DNA of 51,868 nucleotides, from positions 1-51,868 of the forward strand of contig JAHLWH010000122.1 of assembly GCA_019058015.1 (NCBI GenBank), written 5' to 3'. The notes beneath the pieces are model-generated. The model worked only from the letters and a program-made list of their open reading frames with translations, had not been told where the DNA came from and searched no databases. The translations under genes were made by a program, and so were the position numbers. This DNA is from Promethearchaeota archaeon. Its GTDB lineage: Archaea; Asgardarchaeota; Lokiarchaeia; Sigyniarchaeales; SOKP01. Numbering within the stretch: position 1 is the first letter of the stretch; each line of letters begins with the position of its first letter. Positions 29,404-38,454 of this stretch are shown here, in pieces.

Positions 29404-30513
29404 TCAATCAATAATATTATTTATAACAAGATTTGATATATGCTGAATTTTTTTATCTAAATTCATTTTATGCGCTATATAGCGAAGATTAAAAATACAG
29501 AAAGGACAAGAAGATATGATATTTTCACTTTTTGATTCCTTAATGATTTCTGTACCAATTTTTCGAGATAATTCTTTATCAATTGATCGAACACCCGATC
29601 CTGCCCCACAACAATAGGCATTTTCTCGATTTTGGGAAAGTTCATCAATAATAATTCCGCATTCGCTTAAAATCTCTCTTGGCTCTCCGTATAGCCCAGC
29701 CTTTCTCCCCAATCGACAAGAATCATGAAAGGTAAAAGTGTGGCCAACCTTTTTTAATTTTATTTTACCTTCTTTTATGAGATCCCGAATTATCTGAGCT
29801 ATATGAAATACTTTAAAATCCGTTTCGCCAAACAATCTGGGATAATAGGTTGAAAAACAACGATAACAACCAGCACATGGTACAATAATTCTTTTTATTC
29901 CCAATTTTTTAAATTTGTTAATATTTTCCTCGAAAATTCTTTTTGCAATATCAATTTTCCCACAATTAAAAGGATAAATTCCACAACAGAACTCATCTTT
30001 TAATATCATAAAATCTACACCGGCTTTTTTCAACAACTTATAGGAAGCACTGGCACTCTCTTTAACCAAAAAAGAGGGAAGACAACCAACATATAAAAGT
30101 GTATCAGAAGGATGGTCCTCAAATTTTTCTGAATCTCTAAATTCCTCCGGTATCCAATCAAGTCGCTTCTCTGGATCTCCATTAACAGAATTTCCCTTCT
30201 CAAGGATTCCATTAATTATGACATTATGCTTAGCTAAAGGTCCTAAACCCTTATTTACCAGCTCGATTTTTGAATCGGCAATAATAGTAGAGATTTTTAT
30301 TTCCTCCGGACAAACCACTTCACACCTACCACATTCTGTACAGTAGTAAATGCTTTGGATTTCATCTTGGGTTATTTCCTTTTCATTAAGTAATTCATTG
30401 ATAATTTGGAGCCTTACTAATGGAGAATACAAGCGATTTTCAGTAGAATAATAAGTGCAACAAACATCTATACACGCTTCACACTCCGTACAGGTTGAAA
30501 TATCTTCTAACAT
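29404..30513 (-). CDS. Fe-S oxidoreductase, HdrD/GlpC-like (two 4Fe-4S motifs plus two CCG domains)
   Basis: CTECEACIDVC, CTECGRCEVVCP, EFCCG, HDSC.LGR, CCGAG, CPFC. Start is probably ATG at 30513, because the longer ORF overlaps phnN. Confidence 0.88.
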   Translation of the reverse strand: MLEDISTCTECEACIDVCCTYYSTENRLYSPLVRLQIINELLNEKEITQDEIQSIYYCTECGRCEVVCPEEIKISTIIADSKIELVNKGLGPLAKHNVIINGILEKGNSVNGDPEKRLDWIPEEFRDSEKFEDHPSDTLLYVGCLPSFLVKESASASYKLLKKAGVDFMILKDEFCCGIYPFNCGKIDIAKRIFEENINKFKKLGIKRIIVPCAGCYRCFSTYYPRLFGETDFKVFHIAQIIRDLIKEGKIKLKKVGHTFTFHDSCRLGRKAGLYGEPREILSECGIIIDELSQNRENAYCCGAGSGVRSIDKELSRKIGTEIIKESKSENIISSCPFCIFNLRYIAHKMNLDKKIQHISNLVINNIID

Positions 30514-30541
30514 CTGTTTTTTATTTATTATATTTTCCTTT

Positions 30542-31114
30542 TCAACGATTACTTTTAACCTCTTTAACAATATAATCCAAGAGTTTTTTTCCTGCTGTTT
30601 GTAATTCGCCTGAATTATCAACAGTAAAATCGGCTATATCTAAATATTGATTTTTCCGGGCTCTTTCAAGCCTTTCTTGAAGCTCTTTAGAATCCTCCCT
30701 CTCACGTTCCTTAATTCTCTGAGCAGTAATCTCAAAAGGAACATACACAAAAATAATCCTTAAAAATTCATAATTTTTTTTAGCCTCCTCCAAAATCCTC
30801 CGGCTAACATTCACAAGAACTGAATGTCCCGCTTCAATCTTCTCCATTATATCCTTTTGCACCCCATAAAACTTATGATATGTTCTCCAATGAAAAACAA
30901 ACTCCACTCTATTTAACATTTCTTTAAATTCATCCTCTGTTATTGAAATAAAATCTTCTGTATCGGGAGATGGAAGGCGAGTAATAAATCTCTTAGGAAC
31001 AATAAGTGGTGTTAATTCTTTTGGGTAATTATTCAACACCTCTCTTATTAAAGAATCTTTACCAGAACCAGAATTTCCAACTATAAAAAAGAGCTTACCG
31101 CCGATTTCACACAC
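30542..31114 (-). CDS. phnN: Ribose 1,5-bisphosphate phosphokinase PhnN-like (guanylate-kinase fold)
   Basis: VGNSGSGKDSL, RFITR, W..Y..FYG, VNVSR. Confidence 0.75.
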   Translation of the reverse strand: MCEIGGKLFFIVGNSGSGKDSLIREVLNNYPKELTPLIVPKRFITRLPSPDTEDFISITEDEFKEMLNRVEFVFHWRTYHKFYGVQKDIMEKIEAGHSVLVNVSRRILEEAKKNYEFLRIIFVYVPFEITAQRIKEREREDSKELQERLERARKNQYLDIADFTVDNSGELQTAGKKLLDYIVKEVKSNR

Positions 31115-31295
31115 CTATTTAATATTAATACAAGAAAATAATAATAATTTTTACAAAATATTAATGAACATTTATTATTTATATTTTCAAAATTCTTAAA
31201 AATATTTTTAAAAAATTAAACTTAAAAAGTTAATTAACAAATTATAATATTATTTTTATTTAATTTTACAAAAAAAAAGATGTTTAAAATAAAAA

Positions 31296-33014
31296 ATGAG
31301 CGAAAAAAAATTTTGGAAAAAATCATGGGATGATGGAATTACTGATTTTGACCCAGAATTGTGGGAAACAACCTATATTGACGCAATTAGACCAACCTTT
31401 GAAAATTTTCTAAATAAAATGGCTTTTGAATTTTTAGGCATAGAAATAACATTTGGAGAATTGGATAAATATTCTAATCAATTTGCAAATTTTTTAATCG
31501 ATTCTGGCTTTCAAAAAGGAGATATCGTTGGTCATAATTTACCAAATACACCACAATTTATGATTGCTTGGCTTGGTACATTAAAAGTAGGTTGTGTTTT
31601 CTCTGGAGTATCACCTTTACTTTCATCCGAACAAATGCAATATCAATTAAGCGATTTAGGCATAGGAGGAAAAAAAGTTGGGATAGTTACGCTCGATGCG
31701 ATCTTCGAGCATCGGCTTAAAGAAATTGCCCCAAAATTACCGCAACTAGAATTAATTATAACTACAAATATAGCTGACTTTTTACCGAAATTTAAACAGG
31801 TCCTAGGAAAATTATTAAAAAAAATTCCTACTGGAAAAGTAATTCCACTTGAAGGAAAAAAAGTAGTTAATTTTATGGACATTTTGAAAAATTACTCTAC
31901 AGAGTTACCTGATGTAGAATTAACTCCAGATGATTTGGCATACATAATATATACTGGTGGAACTACCGGACCTCCGAAAGGGGCAATGTTAACTCATCGT
32001 AGTGCGGTTGCTGATTTAACTATTGTTATGAGATGGCTCAACTGGGAGGAGAATAGAGGTGGTGGCACTGCTCTTTCAGGATTTCCCTTATTTCATATAG
32101 CAGGGCTATTCTTCTGCGAGAATTGTGTATTTCTAGGCTGGTCACAAATTTTAGTTCCTGATCCACGTGATACAAATCTTATTGTAAAAAAAATTGAAAA
32201 ATACAAACCAACAGCCTTGGTTAATGTTCCATCTTTGTTCCAGATGTTGATAAAACATCCAAAATTTAAGAAATTGGATCATTCTGAATTAGATGTCTGT
32301 ATTTCTTCAGCATCTCCTTTTCCACTTGAATCTAAAAAAGAATTAGAAAGTATTGTTGGTGAAGGTAAATTACTAGAAGTTTACGGCATGACTGAGACTT
32401 CTCCGCTTTCAGTTATGAACCCTTATAGAGGAACAAGGAAGTTAGGTTCTATTGGCCTTCCACTGCCAAATTGTGATATAAAATTAGTAGATCCAGTTAC
32501 GGGTAAAGAAGTTGGAATTGGGGAGCCGGGGGAAATCTGTGTAAAAGGAGCTATGGTTATGACGGGTTATTTAAACAAACCAGAAGAAACTAAAATGGCT
32601 ATAGATGGCGATGGATATATGCATAGTGGCGATGTGGGGATTTTTGATAAAGAAGGATACTTAAGGATTGTAGATCGCACAAAAGACATGATTATTGTAG
32701 GTGGTTTCAAAGTATTTTCGACAAAATTGGAAGATGTGTTGACCGCCCATCCTGCAATTGAAATGATAGCTACTATTGGCATTCCAAATCCTGACAGACC
32801 AGGCTCAGAACTGGTAAAAGCTTACATACAAATTGACCCTGATTATTCATATGATGGTAATGAGGAGGCATTGAAGGAAGATATAATTAAATTTGCAAAA
32901 GAGAAATGCGCACCTTATGAAGTCCCCAAAATTATTGAATTTGCTGAAGAATTACCGCTTACTCTCGTTGGAAAAGTTGATAAGAAACGATTGCGTAAAG
33001 AAGCAAGAGGATAA
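31296..33014 (+). CDS. fadD: Long-chain acyl-CoA synthetase
   Basis: YTGGTTGPPKG, YGMTETSP, HSGD, GKVDKK. Confidence 0.92.
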   Translation: MSEKKFWKKSWDDGITDFDPELWETTYIDAIRPTFENFLNKMAFEFLGIEITFGELDKYSNQFANFLIDSGFQKGDIVGHNLPNTPQFMIAWLGTLKVGCVFSGVSPLLSSEQMQYQLSDLGIGGKKVGIVTLDAIFEHRLKEIAPKLPQLELIITTNIADFLPKFKQVLGKLLKKIPTGKVIPLEGKKVVNFMDILKNYSTELPDVELTPDDLAYIIYTGGTTGPPKGAMLTHRSAVADLTIVMRWLNWEENRGGGTALSGFPLFHIAGLFFCENCVFLGWSQILVPDPRDTNLIVKKIEKYKPTALVNVPSLFQMLIKHPKFKKLDHSELDVCISSASPFPLESKKELESIVGEGKLLEVYGMTETSPLSVMNPYRGTRKLGSIGLPLPNCDIKLVDPVTGKEVGIGEPGEICVKGAMVMTGYLNKPEETKMAIDGDGYMHSGDVGIFDKEGYLRIVDRTKDMIIVGGFKVFSTKLEDVLTAHPAIEMIATIGIPNPDRPGSELVKAYIQIDPDYSYDGNEEALKEDIIKFAKEKCAPYEVPKIIEFAEELPLTLVGKVDKKRLRKEARG

Positions 33015-33348
33015 AAAGTAAAAAATTAAATTATTTTTTGAGAATTCCTTTTTTTCTCTTTTTACCATAGCTATAATTATTTTTATATAACTAAAATTTG
33101 ATATATTAAAATCTTTTTTTTTTTAATTTTAAAATTGACGGAAGGGGAAGGGTTTTTTCTTTAATAATATATCAGAAAAACTATTTTCGGAACATTTATG
33201 CTAAAGACATTGAGATTTTTATATTTTTAATGAAATATACCGTGAAAAATTAGTCCAAATATCACAAATATAAAGATTTATAAAATAATTTTGTTCAATA
33301 ATATTATCCAAAAAATTTAATAAAAAATATTATACAAAAGTGTTAAAG

Positions 33349-35073
33349 ATGTCAGAAACTTATAAATCGAGATTTTGGAAGAAAAATTGGGATCCTGGTA
33401 TGGAAGATATAGACCCCAAAGAATTTGAGACGACTTATGTTGATATGATTAAACCTGTATTTGATGATTATCCAGATAAAATTGCTTTAGGGTTTTTGGG
33501 AGTAGATATAACTTACAGAGAGTTAGATAAATACAGTAATCAATTTGCGAATATGTTAATTGAGAAAGGCTTTGAAAAAGGTGACGTTGTTGGTATAAAT
33601 TTGCCAAATACGCCAGAATATATGATAAGTTTACTTGGAACATTGAAAGCGGGATGTATCGTTTCTGGAGTATCCCCCCTCCTTTCAGCGGCGCAAATAC
33701 AATATCAGTTAAATGATTTGGGATCTGGTGGAAAAAAGGTAGCATTTGTTACACTAGACGCCATATTCGCTGGACATATAGTTAAAATTGCTTCACAAAT
33801 CTCGCAACTGAAACTGATTATAACAACAAGTGTGGCTGGGTTTTTACCAAAAATTAAGCAAGTATTAGGGAAATTGCTTGGTAAGATACCTAAAGGTAAG
33901 GTAATTCCTTTACCTGAAAAGGTTGTTATTGGAATGCATAAGGATGTTCTAAAGAATTATTCTACAGATCCAATAGATATTAAATTAACTCCTGATGATA
34001 TCGGGTGGATTCAATATACGGGCGGAACCACAGGTCCTCCAAAAGGAGCTGTATTAACTCATAGAAATTGCTGTTCGAATATTATGAGCATTGTAAGATG
34101 GCTAGATTGGGAGAGTGGAAAAGGAGTATTATTAAGTGGTTTTCCAATGTTTCATGCCGCCGGTCTTACAGTTGCTGAAGGTGCTATATATTATGGTTTT
34201 TCTCAAGTACTAATTCCGAATCCCAGAGACACAGGGCATATCGTAAAAGAAATAGAAAAATATAAACCAACTAACTTAGTAAATGTGCCTTCTTTATATC
34301 AGATGTTAATTAAAGATCCAGGTTTCAAAGAGTTAGATCATTCAGCTTTAGGGACTTGTGTATCTGCCGCTGCTCCCTTTCCTGCCGTTAGTGCGGAAGA
34401 ACTAGAAAAGGTTATTGGAAAAGGAAAGCTGCTTGAGCTTTATGGTATGACTGAAACTTCACCAGTTTCAACTATGAACCCCTCTAAAGGTAAAAAGAAA
34501 CTGGGGACTGTTGGACTACCGTTTTTGAATGTAGACTTAAAAATAGTAGATCCAGCAACTGGAGAGGAAGTTCCTTTGGGAGAACCCGGCGAGATTTGTG
34601 TTAAAGGTGTTTTAGTAATGAAAGAATATTACAACAAACCAGAAGAGACTAAAAAAGCAATTGATAAAGATGGATATATGCATACGGGAGATGTTGGATT
34701 AATGGATTCGGACGGTTATATTAGGATTGTTGATCGTACGAAAGATATGATCATTGTGGGTGGTTACAAAGTATTTTCTAGCAAAGTTGAGAGCGTATTG
34801 GTTAAACATCCGGCAATTAATGTTCTAGCGTTAATTGGAATGCCAAATCTGGAGCGACCCGGTTCAGAAATAGTCAAAGCATTTATTCAACTCAACCCAA
34901 ATTATTCGTATGATGGGAATGAAGAAAAATTAAAAGAGGAAATAACTGCATTTGCAAAAGAAAAATTAAGTCCCTATGAGGTCCCAAAAGTTATTGAAAT
35001 TTCCAAGGAATTACCGCTTACTGTTATTGGTAAGGTCGATAAAAAGCGATTGCGAAAAGAAGCAAAAGAATAG
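33349..35073 (+). CDS. fadD: Long-chain acyl-CoA synthetase (tandem paralog of 31296..33014)
   Basis: Same motifs as the upstream copy. Start is ATG at 33349 or GTG at 33340. Confidence 0.92.
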   Translation: MSETYKSRFWKKNWDPGMEDIDPKEFETTYVDMIKPVFDDYPDKIALGFLGVDITYRELDKYSNQFANMLIEKGFEKGDVVGINLPNTPEYMISLLGTLKAGCIVSGVSPLLSAAQIQYQLNDLGSGGKKVAFVTLDAIFAGHIVKIASQISQLKLIITTSVAGFLPKIKQVLGKLLGKIPKGKVIPLPEKVVIGMHKDVLKNYSTDPIDIKLTPDDIGWIQYTGGTTGPPKGAVLTHRNCCSNIMSIVRWLDWESGKGVLLSGFPMFHAAGLTVAEGAIYYGFSQVLIPNPRDTGHIVKEIEKYKPTNLVNVPSLYQMLIKDPGFKELDHSALGTCVSAAAPFPAVSAEELEKVIGKGKLLELYGMTETSPVSTMNPSKGKKKLGTVGLPFLNVDLKIVDPATGEEVPLGEPGEICVKGVLVMKEYYNKPEETKKAIDKDGYMHTGDVGLMDSDGYIRIVDRTKDMIIVGGYKVFSSKVESVLVKHPAINVLALIGMPNLERPGSEIVKAFIQLNPNYSYDGNEEKLKEEITAFAKEKLSPYEVPKVIEISKELPLTVIGKVDKKRLRKEAKE

Positions 35074-35151
35074 AAAATATAAAATTTAATTATTTTTTAA
35101 AAATTCTTTTTTTTTATTATTACCGAATTTTAATCAAAAATTGGTTTCACT

Positions 35152-36036
35152 CTATTTTATTTTCTCTAAAAGGTTTTCCGTATTATTATTCAAAATATCT
35201 TGTGTTTCCTCTTTAGAGATTGGGAGGGTTAATATTTTATCGATTTCGATTTGAATTGGGGAGGTTATGGGTGCGTCAGAGCCAAATAGAAGTCGTTTAT
35301 GACCAACTGTTCGAATTAAACTTAATATTGCAAAACTTACTGAACATGAAGTTTCAAAAAAGATATTTTTATATTGTTTTAAGCTTATACCTACATCTAT
35401 AGCATATTCCATGCAGAATCCGGCATGTCCAACGATAATTCTTAAATTTGGAAATTGTTTTGCAAGTTTTGCCATATCCCTAGTGGATATTCCGCTAAAA
35501 AAGGGTGTTTTGGGAGTGGAGTGAATATAAAAGATGAAATCTCTGTCATATTCTTGCATAAAAGAAACTAATTTAATTACATCTTTAGGGATCTTTATTG
35601 AGTGAATACCGGAATGTATTTTTACGCCACAAAACCCTTTTTTAAAATGGTCTTCTAAAATTTTATAATCAGTTTCTTCTTCTTCAGGTCGAATTTTTGG
35701 ATTGAACCAAAATACTTTATAAAATCTCTCTGGAGATTTCTTAGCAATGTCAATAATATCTTGATGATCTAATTGGCCTCCCATTGCAAGATTTTTGCGA
35801 AATTCAAGCATCTTCTCGAGTTTTTGTTCTTCATTTAATTCCTTTGATTCACTATCAGCTAATTTTAAGTGAGCTGTTGGTCTAGCTCTCCTATTAGTTG
35901 TTGTGATTAATGCTTTTTCCACTTGAAATCGATCCATATATTCAATTATATCCTTGCTAGGTTTCATAAATGTTCCGTAGCTATGGAGGTGTGCATCAAA
36001 TATTTTAAAGGATGTGGGATTTATCAAATAAAACAA
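35152..36036 (-). CDS. Amidohydrolase_2 family metallohydrolase
   Basis: DAHLH, GVKIH, YIHS, IVGHAG, FETS, LLFGSDAP, N..NLL. Confidence 0.85.
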   Translation of the reverse strand: MFYLINPTSFKIFDAHLHSYGTFMKPSKDIIEYMDRFQVEKALITTTNRRARPTAHLKLADSESKELNEEQKLEKMLEFRKNLAMGGQLDHQDIIDIAKKSPERFYKVFWFNPKIRPEEEETDYKILEDHFKKGFCGVKIHSGIHSIKIPKDVIKLVSFMQEYDRDFIFYIHSTPKTPFFSGISTRDMAKLAKQFPNLRIIVGHAGFCMEYAIDVGISLKQYKNIFFETSCSVSFAILSLIRTVGHKRLLFGSDAPITSPIQIEIDKILTLPISKEETQDILNNNTENLLEKIK

Positions 36037-36204
36037 CTTTTTCCTTAGATGATGTTATTTCTTAAAAATTAGCCTAGTTAATTAAATTTTTTGAACAATT
36101 AAGGAGATTTGAAAATTTATGATTTAATTAATTTTTTTTAATAATAAGTCTTTTATTTTAAATAGAAATTAATCAATGAAAAGTATGAATGAAGTTAAGT
36201 ATAA

Positions 36205-36321
36205 GACAATTACTTATCAATTAAACAGTTAGCGGATGGTGTTATGGAATTGCCTTTAAAGGAAGAGGTAAAAAAGAAATGGTTATATAACAATGCTACG
36301 AAACTTTTAGGCATTGAATAA
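36205..36321 (+). pseudogene. C-terminal remnant of another amidohydrolase_2 gene
   Basis: ..LSIKQLADGVMELPLKEEVKKKWLYNNATKLLGIE*, a typical family C-terminus, with no start codon. Confidence 0.6.
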
Positions 36322-36391
36322 TAAATTCTTTTAAAAATTTTTTTAAAAAAAATTAAAAATTATTAATAGAAAATTCAATTTAGAGTTTATT

Positions 36392-38437
36392 TTATCCTAG
36401 GTATTCAATTTCGGTTTGAAGGCGAATATCTCTGGATGAGCTTCCAATAAGAATTTTAAATATTCCTTTCTCTGCTTTCCAAGAGTTGTTTATCTCGTCA
36501 AAAAAAGAAAGAACTCTCTTTTCTAGTTCAAATATGATGGACTTTTTTTCCCCAGCTTCCAACAGAATTTTCTTAAATCCTTTTAGTTCTTTTAACGGTC
36601 TATCTACACTGCATTCAACATCTTGAACATATAATTGAACAACCTCTGCCCCAGCATGATCACCTGAGTTAGTAATATCGACTGACACCGTAAATTTATC
36701 GTCTTCTGATACCATTTTTTTATCGATCTTAAGATTATCATAGGTAAAAGTTGTATAGGATAGACCATGGCCAAAAGGAAAGCGGGGATCAATCTTTTTT
36801 GTATCAAAATGTCGGTATCCAACAAAGATTCCCTCATCATAATAAACTTTTTCATTGCCAGGATAAGTTCTTTTTGAAACATGTGCTGGGGAATCTGAAA
36901 GTTTCTTAGGGAACGTTATTGGAAGTTTTCCTGATGGATTAATATCTCCAAATATGATGTCTGCGATAACATTTCCTGCTTCTTGTCCTGCATACCAAGC
37001 CTCAACAATGGCAGGTACATTTTCTATCCAATCATCCATAGCGATAGGACTACCGTTAATAAGAATGACTATTGTTTTGGGATTTTCTTGAGCAATCTCA
37101 TTAATCAGTTCAATTTGTTCGGGAGGAAGATCAAGTTTTATTTTATCCTTATTTTCTCTATCTCCATATTTTTTGTGATTGAGCCCTGCAAAAACAATGG
37201 CTACATCTGCCTCTGACGGTATATCTATAATTTCCACTTTTTCACTACATTTTTCCTTCAATCCCTTAAGCGGTGTGATTTCATAAAAAGCTCGAATCAT
37301 TGAACTACCACCTCCAAAAGCCATTTTTTTATCTGCATTAGGTCCTAGAACAGCCAACTTTTTGATCTTTTCGATATCTAAGGGCAATAGATTTTTTTTG
37401 TTCTTTAGAAGCACTATTCCTTCTTCAGCTATTTTTCGGGCTACAATCTGATGTTCAGGGGTATTTCTACTGCCCGGTGGGATTGTTTTCTCATCATCTA
37501 AAAGACCGGTAAGAAACATTACCCTTAATAATCGTTTCACATTCTCATTAAGTGAATCTTCCGTAAAATATCCCGCTGTAAGCGCCTCTCTTAATCTTTT
37601 TACCTTATATTTGATGGGGTGTGGCATTTCGAGTGTCATTCCAGCGTTTATACAACTTTCAGTTTTTAAAATATGTCTAGTTGCAAACCAGTCACTTACT
37701 ACAAAACCCCTAAAACCCCATTCTTCCATTAGTCTTTCTTTTAATATGTTTTTGTTTTCACAGCCAAATATACCATTAACCTTGTTATAGCAAGCCATAA
37801 TAGACCATACATCCGCTTCTCGAACAACAGCCTCAAATGCGGGGAGATATATCTCTTGAAGAGCTCTTTCACTTACTTCAGCACTGACTTTAAATCTATT
37901 TAGTTCTTGATTATTACATACATAATGCTTCACACACGCCGCAATTCTCTGACTTTGAATTCCTTTAACAACAGGAACGGCCATTTTTATGTTTAAATGA
38001 GGATCTTCTGTTTGATATTCAAAAGTTCTTCCATTGAGCGGAGTTCTATCAATATTTATACCTGGAGCAAGGAGCATATTAGATCCAACATCTCTTACTT
38101 CTTGCGCTATGGCTACTCCGAATTGCTCAGATAACTCTGGGTTCCAAGTGGCAGTCCTACAAATAGCAGTAGGGAAGTAAGTAGTTTTTTTTATAAAAAA
38201 AGTCCCTAAAGCTCCCACGCCATGTGGACCATCAGTCATTTTGAATTTTAGGAGATTTAATCTTTTTATTTTTTTAGTAAAAAAAAGTCTTGTTCCAGAA
38301 CATATTTTGAATTTTTCTTCTAAAGTTAATCGTCTTAAGAGATCTTCTACTCTTTTTTCCAGATCCAGGTTGTTATCCATAAAAGGTAGTTTTGCAATAT
38401 CTCCTTTAGACAAATCTTTATCTATATTTATTTTCAC
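36392..38437 (-). CDS. GH3 beta-glucosidase with Fn3-like C-terminus
   Basis: MTDGPHG, GRTFEY..EDP, VKHY, FVVSDW (nucleophile), GIVLLKN, PFGHGLSYTTF, ELKGF. Confidence 0.93.
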   Translation of the reverse strand: MKINIDKDLSKGDIAKLPFMDNNLDLEKRVEDLLRRLTLEEKFKICSGTRLFFTKKIKRLNLLKFKMTDGPHGVGALGTFFIKKTTYFPTAICRTATWNPELSEQFGVAIAQEVRDVGSNMLLAPGINIDRTPLNGRTFEYQTEDPHLNIKMAVPVVKGIQSQRIAACVKHYVCNNQELNRFKVSAEVSERALQEIYLPAFEAVVREADVWSIMACYNKVNGIFGCENKNILKERLMEEWGFRGFVVSDWFATRHILKTESCINAGMTLEMPHPIKYKVKRLREALTAGYFTEDSLNENVKRLLRVMFLTGLLDDEKTIPPGSRNTPEHQIVARKIAEEGIVLLKNKKNLLPLDIEKIKKLAVLGPNADKKMAFGGGSSMIRAFYEITPLKGLKEKCSEKVEIIDIPSEADVAIVFAGLNHKKYGDRENKDKIKLDLPPEQIELINEIAQENPKTIVILINGSPIAMDDWIENVPAIVEAWYAGQEAGNVIADIIFGDINPSGKLPITFPKKLSDSPAHVSKRTYPGNEKVYYDEGIFVGYRHFDTKKIDPRFPFGHGLSYTTFTYDNLKIDKKMVSEDDKFTVSVDITNSGDHAGAEVVQLYVQDVECSVDRPLKELKGFKKILLEAGEKKSIIFELEKRVLSFFDEINNSWKAEKGIFKILIGSSSRDIRLQTEIEYLG

Positions 38438-38454
38438 CTAAATTTTAGATTTAT

